Shown piece by piece: positions 49,004 through 57,737 of a DNA stretch of 64,000 nt; within the stretch, counting starts at the first letter, position 1, and each line of letters starts with the position of its first letter. The DNA lies in contig OZ245011.1 in assembly GCA_965223665.1 (NCBI GenBank), forward strand, positions 1,024,001-1,088,000, read 5' to 3'. The notes under the pieces were generated by a model, which was not told the DNA's origin, ran no database searches, and saw only the letters and a program-made list of their open reading frames with translations. Both the position numbers and the translations under genes were made by a program. This DNA comes from Nitrospinaceae bacterium (GTDB taxonomy: Bacteria; Nitrospinota; Nitrospinia; Nitrospinales; Nitrospinaceae).

Positions 49004-50516
49004 TTAAGGAGCAACAGGAGACAGTCTACTTTTATCAAATTTTGGAATTTTTATTTTTATTGTATAAATCGTTCCTATACCTTCACTGGATTCGATATTT
49101 AAACTTCCATCTATTAACTCTAATTGTTTAACGGCAATGGCCATACCTAAATTTGCCTCACCATTACCTATTTCAGATTGATTTTGAGTGAAAGGATTAA
49201 AAATACCATTAATATGGTCGCTAGAAAGGTTTTCACTAGAATCCTGGACAGTGAATTTAAAATAATCATCTTCCTGAATAACTTTAAATGATATTTCGCC
49301 AGAATCGGTATATTTCAAACTATTTTCGAGAATGTTGGTTAGAATTTTCCTTATTTTTTCTTCATCACCAATACTCACAACCGGAATATTTTTTGGAAAA
49401 TCAGATTTCCAATTTAATTTTTTTTGATCGCATAAAGATTTAAATTTAAGAGAAATTTCATTTAATAGTTCATTTAAAGAAAACTTTTCACTATTGACCT
49501 TAATACTCCCGGTTTCCAAATTACAAATGTCGATTATGTTATTAAAAAAGTTTAAAAGTTTTTTTCCACTATCTAAAATATAGTTTAAATTAGATCTTAA
49601 TTTTTCGTCTAAATTCGGAGATAAATTTGACAAATCTGCAAAGCCAATAATTCCATTTAATGGAGTCCGAATTTCGTGACTCATGCTTGCTAAAAATAAA
49701 CTTTTAGAATGATTGGCTGATTCAGCTTCCTTTTGAGCCCTAATTAACTTTTTTGTCCTTTCATCAACTTTTCTCTCCAAATTAATGTTTGAATTTTTTA
49801 AATCAATATTAATTTTTTGAATTTTATCTATCATTGAATTAAATTGATCGAAAAGAACACCAATTTCGTCTGTTTGTTTTTTGTTTGCGCGGATGGAATA
49901 ATCTGCACTTTTCGAAACGGATTTCATTGTAGAGGCAAGTTCCATAATAGGTTGTGCTACCAATTTTTTAAGACTTTGAGAGTGTCGAAAGGCTATTAAC
50001 AACGAAAACAAAATTACAAAAGTTACGATCAAAGAATAATATTTCAAGCGTTCGTATACAGGGTCTAAGTCTGAAACTAACATCAAAGTCCCCAGACGCT
50101 CTGAGTTTAATTTAATTGGTAAAAACAAAATAAATTTACCATTCTCGAAGTACCCCCCATCCTCCCATGGTTCACTTGGAAGAGTTATTTTTTCTTCATT
50201 GGGATTATACTTGGCAAATATCTTCTTGGATTTATCATAAATAGTGGCCACTTTAACAGTGGGTTCAATTTGTAAAGTCTGTAATATTTCATTTGCACTT
50301 CCTTTGTCGAAAAACTCCAGAGAAGCAATGCTGTTAATACCGGTTAGATTTCCAATACTGGTCATTTGTTCATAAATTTTTTCACGAAAATTATAAAGTT
50401 CGTAAAAAGAAAAGCAAAAACATGTCACCAGAATCAAAACTCCATTTGAAACAATAATGGATTTGTTAATTTTGTTTTTTTAGTGAATTCTGATTTTCTA
50501 TTTTTAAAATTTTCAA
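49004..50516 (-). CDS. Membrane sensor histidine kinase (YfiN-like periplasmic domain, HAMP, HisKA, degenerate HATPase); apparent frameshift at 50475-50481
   Basis: SHEIRTPLN H-box, DEIGVL HAMP; removing one A from the A7 run joins TTG at 50516 (MKILKIENQNSLKNKINKSIIVSNG) to the tracked ORF 49004..50437. Confidence 0.8.
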
Positions 50517-51088
50517 TTTTCAGGAGAAAAAATGAGCAATCTAAATATTATTATAAAATTTACCTATATTTTTAATGTAATTTTATATTTAAATAAAATA
50601 TTTTTTCTTCCTTCCTGGGCCAAAGTCCTAGTTTCTCATTTAAAGCCCAATTTAAATTGCGGTATTTCACAAGACTCTATTTATCTCCTGAAATAACAAT
50701 GGTTTTCCGATTAGAGACAATGGATTTTTTAAATACAATAATTCTTAGTCAACCAATAACCCTATTACCCACTTAGTTTTGCAAAGCCTTATTTTTTTAA
50801 TGGAAATTATGATTTTATCAGGAGGATTTGCCAATTGACTCATGTTCAATATGCAAGGGCGCAATTTACAATTCTTTTGGCCTTTAAATTGGGTCTAAAA
50901 ATAATCTGCTAAATTTTGATTTCCTTAAAAATAGAACTTTTATTGGGCTTGCAATTCAAAAATTAAGCAACATCTTCAAATTAATATGATGGAGGATTTA
51001 AAGATTATTAAACAAAAACCCATATTCCTTATAAAATAGGAAACTTTATAAATAAATTTTTTAAATAATTTGATTCAGTAAAATATTC

Positions 51089-51889
51089 GTGTCAATTAAG
51101 TTTAATCCTATCTCCAATAAATGGCTCCCTTCAAGGGATCCATGGTCCACCCCCTTTGCGCAAGCATTATTGCATTATCTGGATCTTTTTGAAGGTGCTT
51201 CTGTATTAGATATTGCTGCGGGTGGAGGCATACCTTCATTTTATATAGCTGATCAAGTGGGATCCAAAGGGCAGGTCCTGGGTATCGATATCCACGAACG
51301 ACAAGTTTTACGAGCACGAACCCTAAAAGGGAACCAGTTTCCCTGGCTCAACTTTGAAGTCGGAGACATGCGATTTTTACCTCCTTCCCTACCCCAGTTT
51401 GACAGAATAACAGGAAACCTTTCTTTTATGTTTTTCCGTCCCAATCGAAAAGAGGCCTTAAAAAATTTAATTCATTTTTTAAAACCCAATGGCCAAATAG
51501 TATTGACTTTTCCTTCATTAGGAACGTTTGATACTTTATGGAATCGAGTCCGAGAAGAAATGGAAAAGCAATTTCTATCCAATGAAAGAGCCAAATTGGA
51601 GGAGTACATTGAAGAACGTCCTTCCGCTTCTCAAGTAAAAATATGGTTGAATGAACTTGGCCTGGAAAAGATAGTCGTAAAAGACTGGCCCTTAGAGGTA
51701 ATCACTGGACCGGGCCGTGAATTTTTAGAGCATCCATTACTGCGTGGTGGATTTCTTGATGATGTTTATGAGTGCTTTGAGGATCAAAACCTCGCTGAAG
51801 AATTCATGACACTCATATCCAATGATGTAAACAGTTTCATTCCCCTTGTGGCACAAAGGTGTGTTATGTCTGGCTGGCTGCCTGCTTAA
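51089..51889 (+). CDS. Class I SAM-dependent methyltransferase
   Basis: VLDIAAGGG, VLGID, GDM, LKPNG. Confidence 0.88.
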   Translation: MSIKFNPISNKWLPSRDPWSTPFAQALLHYLDLFEGASVLDIAAGGGIPSFYIADQVGSKGQVLGIDIHERQVLRARTLKGNQFPWLNFEVGDMRFLPPSLPQFDRITGNLSFMFFRPNRKEALKNLIHFLKPNGQIVLTFPSLGTFDTLWNRVREEMEKQFLSNERAKLEEYIEERPSASQVKIWLNELGLEKIVVKDWPLEVITGPGREFLEHPLLRGGFLDDVYECFEDQNLAEEFMTLISNDVNSFIPLVAQRCVMSGWLPA

Positions 51890-51929
51890 AAGAATTGTAT
51901 AAAATAAAATATGTCTATAAAAAATCCTT

Positions 51930-52448
51930 TTACAACATACTATTTAAAAAATCTTCATCTTCCATATCATCACTTAAATATTCCGGAAGTTTTGTACTTT
52001 TGTCAATTATAGCCATTTGAATCTGCATAAGACTTAAGCCTGAAGCATCCGAAAGATTTGCGCCTTTTAAATTAGTTTTCACAAACATAACATCTTCATT
52101 AAACTGGGAACCTTGCACATCTGCATTTTCCAGATTCGCGTTATCCAAGCTGGATTCCATCAAATTACAATTTTTCAGGTTAGCATTGTTTAATTGAGCC
52201 CCATTCAAATTAGCCTCTTGTAAACGTGCTTTTTCTAAGTCAGCCCCATCCATCAAAGCACCACTGAGATTAGAAAACTGGAGTTTGGCATTCTGCAGAT
52301 TAGCGCCTTTTAAGTTTACTTTTATTAACTTAATTCCCCGAAGGTCTGCTTCGGAAAGATCTATACTTTCGTCAGGATTATTTTCTCTCCAAGTATTCCA
52401 TTCCTCAGAGTTATTTTTCAATAAATCTAATTGTTCCGAATTTGCCAT
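51930..52448 (-). CDS. Pentapeptide-repeat protein
   Basis: MANSEQL..WNTWRE..DLSEADL, A(N/D)Lxx repeats; RBS before ATG at 52448. Confidence 0.9.
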   Translation of the reverse strand: MANSEQLDLLKNNSEEWNTWRENNPDESIDLSEADLRGIKLIKVNLKGANLQNAKLQFSNLSGALMDGADLEKARLQEANLNGAQLNNANLKNCNLMESSLDNANLENADVQGSQFNEDVMFVKTNLKGANLSDASGLSLMQIQMAIIDKSTKLPEYLSDDMEDEDFLNSML

Positions 52449-52623
52449 GGAAATTTCCCCTTTCAGCAATCTAAAAAAATGGACTTTCAGGCCATTGAAT
52501 TTAATGAGGGTATATATTAACAAATTTTATTTATTCTCCATGAAGTTTTTTAACCACAAATATAAAAACCTGGGTCCCTTTTTTTCATCTAATAGCTAAT
52601 TGATAATATTTTAGGAGTGCGCA

Positions 52624-52938
52624 ATGTCCCCAGTGAGTCAAATAGATGTAAACAAGGCTAAAGAATTGTTGGATAGCGGGTCCGCCAATATAGTTGATAT
52701 TAGAGATTCAGCCTCATATTCTATGGCCCATATTCCAAATGCAATCAATCTAAATCAAGACAATGCGGAGAATTTCATTAGTTCCGCCGATAAAAATAAA
52801 ACTTTAGTCGTTTGTTGTTACCATGGAATTTCAAGTCAAGGGGCTGCCCAATATTTTATGGAGAGCGGATTTAAGGATGTCCACAGTTTAATCGGGGGTT
52901 TCGAAGCCTGGCAGCAAAATTTTCCTTCAGAAAGTTAA
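52624..52938 (+). CDS. glpE: Thiosulfate sulfurtransferase (single rhodanese)
   Basis: VDIRD..SY..AHIPNA, CYHGISSQGAAQY, SLIGGFEAW. Confidence 0.88.
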   Translation: MSPVSQIDVNKAKELLDSGSANIVDIRDSASYSMAHIPNAINLNQDNAENFISSADKNKTLVVCCYHGISSQGAAQYFMESGFKDVHSLIGGFEAWQQNFPSES

Positions 52939-52960
52939 TTTAAACCTTTTCCCTTAAATA

Positions 52961-53515
52961 ATGTTCAATATTCTGGTCGCAATCCCCAACAACCAATTTA
53001 ATGAAGACCAATTATTCCCTTTACTTAAGTTACTCGAATCAAGAAATTGTAAAATAGTTGTTCTTTCTAAAAGTGGCAAAGAAAGTAAAGGAATGTCAAA
53101 AACTTCCTATTCTCCCCATGGAATGATCATTGATTGGAATAAACAGGCTGGGGTTCATGGAAAATATAATGGCATTGTAGTTTTGGGAGGAAAAGGTGCG
53201 CCCAAATCTCTTTGGAAAGATGAAATCTTACCACAAATATTAACAGACCACTTCAGAGCAGGAAGTATTTTAGGTGGTGTCGGAATGGGAGTTATAGTTC
53301 TGGTTAAAGCCGGATTAATTTCTGGAGTTTGTGCTGCTCCTGAAAATGAATTGGTCATTAAAGAATTAAAGGAAATGGCAGTTCAACCTCTAGATGAATC
53401 GATTTATTTTTCCGACAATGTCTTAACAGCAAGAAATGGAAATCAAATTCAGGAGTTTGTTGAAATCTTTTTGGAAAAATTAAATCACGCCAATTGTGAT
53501 ATGGAATCGGACTGA
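52961..53515 (+). CDS. DJ-1/PfpI-family protein lacking the nucleophile Cys
   Basis: GIVVLGGKGA, VLTARN; nucleophile elbow reads GGVGMG. Confidence 0.75.
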   Translation: MFNILVAIPNNQFNEDQLFPLLKLLESRNCKIVVLSKSGKESKGMSKTSYSPHGMIIDWNKQAGVHGKYNGIVVLGGKGAPKSLWKDEILPQILTDHFRAGSILGGVGMGVIVLVKAGLISGVCAAPENELVIKELKEMAVQPLDESIYFSDNVLTARNGNQIQEFVEIFLEKLNHANCDMESD

Positions 53516-53534
53516 ACAAAACCCCATTAAGCTT

Positions 53535-54809
53535 TTATCCGAAGAATAAATAACAAACCAAAACCGAAACAATTATTCCCGCAAAATCTGCCACTAGACC
53601 ACAAAATAAAGCATGTCTTGAGTAACGAATTCCCACTGAACCAAAATATAAAGCCAATACATAAAATGTAGTTTCAGTACTTCCCTGAAATATTGATGCT
53701 AAGCGTCCCGCAAAGGAGTCTGCTCCGAAGTTTTGCATAGTTTCAATCATCAATCCCCTGGAACCGCTTCCACTTAATGGTTTCATGAGAGCAGTCGGTA
53801 CTGCATCGACAAAACGTATATCCATCCCTAAACTTGAAACAGTGGTTCGGACGATTTCCAAAATAAAGTCCAAGGCACCGCTGGTTCTAAAAACTCCAAT
53901 AGCAACCAACATTGCAATTAAGTAAGGTACAATTTTTATAGCGACCCATAAACCCTGCTTAGCTCCCTTTATAAAAGAGTTATAAACATCAATTCTCCTC
54001 CATAACGCAATAGAAATTAAACTGATAATGGCCAGAAATAAAAAGAAATTACTCAATTGGCTGGAAATTTCTTGAACCTCTGCCTGATTTTTTCGAGAGA
54101 GAAAAAAAATGACACTGACTATAAAAACTAAGAATCCTCCTAAATAAACTAAAACGACTCGGTCCCACAAATTAATTTTTTGAAAAAAACTTATTGTTAA
54201 CAAACCAACAAGTGTTGAAGAACTGGTAGCTAATAAAATGGGAAGAAAAACATCCGTGGGGTTTATGGCTCCCAGTTGTGCCCGATAGGCAAAGATTGTG
54301 ACTGGGAAAAAAGTCAGAGAAGAAGTATTTAAAACTAAAAATAGTATTTGCGAATTACTTGCTTCATCCTTTCGTGGATTAATAGACTGTAGTTCTTGCA
54401 TCGCTTTTAAACCTAGAGGAGTCGCCGCATTATCTAATCCCAAAAAGTTAGCAGCCATATTCATGATAACAGCTGCAAAAGCGGGGTGATCCTTGGGAAC
54501 ATCTGGAAATATTTTATTTAATAGAGGTCTAAAGGCCTTTTGAATTAAAAGAAGAACTCCTCCTCTTTCGCCAATCTTGAAGATTCCCATCCAAAACGCC
54601 ATGATTCCAACGAGGCCCAAAGAAATATCGAAGGAAACTTTTGACATTTTGAATATAGAATCAATGATTTGTGAAAAAATATCATCTTGCCCATAAAAGA
54701 AATAGTTCAAACAAGCAAAAATAAAACCCAGAATAAAAAATAAAAACCAAATTACATTCAACAATGGCAGGTCCTTTGACAGATTGATTTGGCAGGCATT
54801 TTCAATCAA
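53535..54809 (-). CDS. Fused SpmA/SpmB nucleoside-recognition (Gate) membrane protein
   Basis: ANFLGLDNAATPLGLKAM, KPLSGSG, GSTETTFYVLALYFG. Confidence 0.92.
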   Translation of the reverse strand: MIENACQINLSKDLPLLNVIWFLFFILGFIFACLNYFFYGQDDIFSQIIDSIFKMSKVSFDISLGLVGIMAFWMGIFKIGERGGVLLLIQKAFRPLLNKIFPDVPKDHPAFAAVIMNMAANFLGLDNAATPLGLKAMQELQSINPRKDEASNSQILFLVLNTSSLTFFPVTIFAYRAQLGAINPTDVFLPILLATSSSTLVGLLTISFFQKINLWDRVVLVYLGGFLVFIVSVIFFLSRKNQAEVQEISSQLSNFFLFLAIISLISIALWRRIDVYNSFIKGAKQGLWVAIKIVPYLIAMLVAIGVFRTSGALDFILEIVRTTVSSLGMDIRFVDAVPTALMKPLSGSGSRGLMIETMQNFGADSFAGRLASIFQGSTETTFYVLALYFGSVGIRYSRHALFCGLVADFAGIIVSVLVCYLFFG

Positions 54810-54888
54810 ATAAAAACTAAAAATGCTTTAAATTGATTAAAATTAAGTATTATTATAACCTTTTCAAAATTTTTAAGAGATATCCATT

Positions 54889-55740
54889 TTGAAAGATTTT
54901 CACTTTCCTAAAATTGCAATAATTTCTGGTCCTGATTTAAGGCACCAATACTTTATAAGTCAGTTAAATTTCCATATTCAACTTTCTGCTATTTTTATTG
55001 AGAATACGTTTTATCCTGAACCTCCGCAATTAACATTTAAAGAAAAAGTTGTCTGGGAATGGTTTTTTAGACGGCGGGCAAACTTTGAAAAGAAATGGTT
55101 TACTCCTAATGCAACAATTATCCCCAAAAACGATCCAGAAAAATTTTTAATTCCCTGTGGACAAATTAATTCAGATCAAATTTTTAAACAATTTGAGAAA
55201 ATCAACCCAGATGTAATTGCAATTTTTGGAAGTAGTCTAATCGGTCCAAATTTGTTAGAAAAGTACTCGGATAAAATCATTAATTTGCATGTTGGACTGC
55301 CACAGTATTACAGAGGTTCTTCTTGTAACTTCTGGCCAATACATGATAAGCGATTGGACTGTTTGGGTGCAACCATTCACCTTGTAAATAAAAAAATAGA
55401 CGGCGGGAAAATTTTAAGTCAAAAAAAAATTACGCTTGAAAAACAAGATGATGAGCAAACACTGATGGGAAAAACAATATTATTAGGAACTAAATTGATG
55501 ATCAATATTTTAAATCATTGGGAAGAAAAACGGGATATAGCTGAGATATCTACAGGCAAAGGAAAATTATTCCAAAAAAAAGATTTTACGGCATCAGCAA
55601 TTTTAAAGGTAAAACAATTAGTGGAAAATAACCAACTCGCTGAATTAATTTGGAATGAGATTCAAAAAGAAAATGATATAAAAAATACTAGTGGTTCAAA
55701 ATTTATTTTGCAGAACGCACCAAACGTACGCTCATTGTAG
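54889..55740 (+). CDS. Formyltransferase-N domain protein
   Basis: INLHVGLPQYYRGS, GATIH..IDGG. Confidence 0.8.
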   Translation: MKDFHFPKIAIISGPDLRHQYFISQLNFHIQLSAIFIENTFYPEPPQLTFKEKVVWEWFFRRRANFEKKWFTPNATIIPKNDPEKFLIPCGQINSDQIFKQFEKINPDVIAIFGSSLIGPNLLEKYSDKIINLHVGLPQYYRGSSCNFWPIHDKRLDCLGATIHLVNKKIDGGKILSQKKITLEKQDDEQTLMGKTILLGTKLMINILNHWEEKRDIAEISTGKGKLFQKKDFTASAILKVKQLVENNQLAELIWNEIQKENDIKNTSGSKFILQNAPNVRSL

Positions 55741-56839
55741 GGCTATTATAACTCTTCTTCACGGTTTTCTCGTAACCTCCGATAAAGAAAAAATACCGAG
55801 CAGAAGATTCTCCAACCTGTTCGCTTGACCAGAATCCATACCCTCCCCCATCTGCAAAAACTTTTGGGTATCCTACGGGATAATCCTTATTTTTATCAAA
55901 AGCTAACTTTGTCCTATCCGGATCAAAAGTTTGTTGATATTCTTTTATTGTTGGGACTCTCCAGTCATTATACCCAGCAAATCTACTTTTATTAATTTTA
56001 TCAACCCACTTTAAGGCCTCTTCCCAAGATTTGGGATTACGACGTTCAAAATTTCTAAAATCCTTAGTCATCCACATCAAGTCATGTACACTGTCCAAAG
56101 CAGTACCGTCTTCATATAAAACCCAATCACCAAAAACTTTTTTAGTTTCTTCTAATTGAGTCTCATGCGCAAAATTTAAAAAATAAGTAAAACCCACTGA
56201 AACACAAATCACTAGTACCATAATACCAACCAACATCTTAGAAAACTTTTTTTGATTTCCCAGCTTTGCAAAAATAGATTCTTTTTCCTCTTCTAACTTT
56301 TCATATTGAACCTTAGCTTTACTGATATCCCCTTTCAAGTTTTCATTAAGGACATTAAGCTCATATTGCCCAACACTTTGTTGAACAATATCTACGGCTT
56401 GCTTAAAATCAATTGGCTTTTTTAGAAATCGAAAAACTTCAGCTTTATTTACTATATCTTCAATAAGTTGTTTATCATAAAAAGCCGTGGTTAGAATACG
56501 AACTGTATTAGGTGAAAGAAGCTTCACTTTTTCTAGAAGTTCCGTTCCTCTCATTATAGGAAGACGATTATCGGATAAAATCACAGGAATAGGGCCTTGA
56601 TTGGTAATTACCTCTAATGCTTCCTCAGGATGCTCACACATAATTACTTCAAAACCTGCCGAAGTAAAAATTTTTCTTGCAACAATTAAAATTTTCTTCT
56701 CATCATCCACCACGAGGACTTTTGGCCGGGTATTTTCGGTTGGCTTAGTCTTTTTTTCAGAAGACTTTTTATCTACCTTTTCTTTTTTTTCTGGAGTAGA
56801 TTCCTGCTTTTTATTTTCGATTTCCGCAACTTCGTTCAT
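55703..56839 (-). CDS. Receiver domain - coiled coil - TM - DUF1566 (Lcl C-terminal) fusion
   Basis: VLVVDDE, LSD, KKP; TM MLVGIMVLVICVSVGF; DLMW, SWEEA, GYNDWRVPT, FWSS, SVRLVR. Confidence 0.85.
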   Translation of the reverse strand: MNEVAEIENKKQESTPEKKEKVDKKSSEKKTKPTENTRPKVLVVDDEKKILIVARKIFTSAGFEVIMCEHPEEALEVITNQGPIPVILSDNRLPIMRGTELLEKVKLLSPNTVRILTTAFYDKQLIEDIVNKAEVFRFLKKPIDFKQAVDIVQQSVGQYELNVLNENLKGDISKAKVQYEKLEEEKESIFAKLGNQKKFSKMLVGIMVLVICVSVGFTYFLNFAHETQLEETKKVFGDWVLYEDGTALDSVHDLMWMTKDFRNFERRNPKSWEEALKWVDKINKSRFAGYNDWRVPTIKEYQQTFDPDRTKLAFDKNKDYPVGYPKVFADGGGYGFWSSEQVGESSARYFFFIGGYEKTVKKSYNSPTMSVRLVRSAK

Positions 56840-56932
56840 AATAATTCTATTATTCCAATTAATCCTTTATATTATTAAGTGTAAGGGAGTTGTTAATTAT
56901 TTTAAAAATTAATTTTATTTTTTCCCAAGTCA

Positions 56933-57412
56933 ATGACCATGAAATGTTTTCCCCTTTATTTTAAGTGCTTAACTAAGGTTTTCATATTTTGTTTAGCATT
57001 ATTATTTGTACCCTTTGAACTTGAGGGCAAACAAAATGAAGTCCAACAAGACTTAATCCATTTGGGATTTATCTCCTATTCTCCAAACTTCAAATTGACA
57101 AAAGATCGAAAACATATCATTTTCAAAATAAAAAATAATACCAGCAGAACGATAAGTAATATCTATGGTTGGGTTTATCAATATCAGGAAGGAGATCCCA
57201 ACTCATCTACTCTAGTGAACAATCCAAATCAGGGAGGACTGTTAATAGAAGGAGGACCACATAATTCTGGGAAAATTGTAAGTTGGAAATTCAAGCTACT
57301 GCCACTGAGGAAACCCGCTACCCCAAAGGATCGCTATGCCTTAAAAACTAGCAACAAAAGTATTTTTTACTACAAGCATCCCTTACCAAATGCGTCCTCC
57401 AGCAAAAAATAA
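56933..57412 (+). CDS. Hypothetical exported protein
   Basis: Hydrophobic N-terminus; FKIKNNTSRTISNI Ig-like motif. Confidence 0.65.
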   Translation: MTMKCFPLYFKCLTKVFIFCLALLFVPFELEGKQNEVQQDLIHLGFISYSPNFKLTKDRKHIIFKIKNNTSRTISNIYGWVYQYQEGDPNSSTLVNNPNQGGLLIEGGPHNSGKIVSWKFKLLPLRKPATPKDRYALKTSNKSIFYYKHPLPNASSSKK

Positions 57413-57737
57413 GGCTATAGTTGAATTTTTTTTGAAATTTATCTTGCAACTACTTCCATATCAGGAAGGAGATCCCAACTCATCTACTCTAGTGAACAAT
57501 CCAAATCAGGGAGGACTGTTAATAGAAGGAGGACCACATAATTCTGGGAAAATTGTAAGTTGGAAATTCAAGCTACTGCCACTGAGGAAACCCGCTACCC
57601 CAAAGGATCGCTATGCCTTAAAAACTAGCAACAAAAGTATTTTTTACTACAAGCATCCCTTACCAAATGCGTCCTCCAGCAAAAAATAAGGCTATAGTTG
57701 AATTTTTTTTGAAATTTATCTTGCAACTACTTCCATA
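57181..57737. repeat. 277-bp tandem duplication, apparently exact
   Basis: 57181-57457 repeated at 57458-57734 with ATA microhomology at the junction. Confidence 0.95.

Noticed and set aside
35410-56839. Possible diversity-generating retroelement (FGE-sulfatase and DUF1566 are known DGR target folds)
   Set aside because: No reverse transcriptase and no adenine-variant template repeat seen in the window; the 277-bp repeat shows no differences and does not cover these genes
57390-57689. 99-aa ORF identical in its C-terminus to 56933..57412
   Set aside because: By-product of the 277-bp tandem duplication; its N-terminus is out-of-frame and antisense sequence
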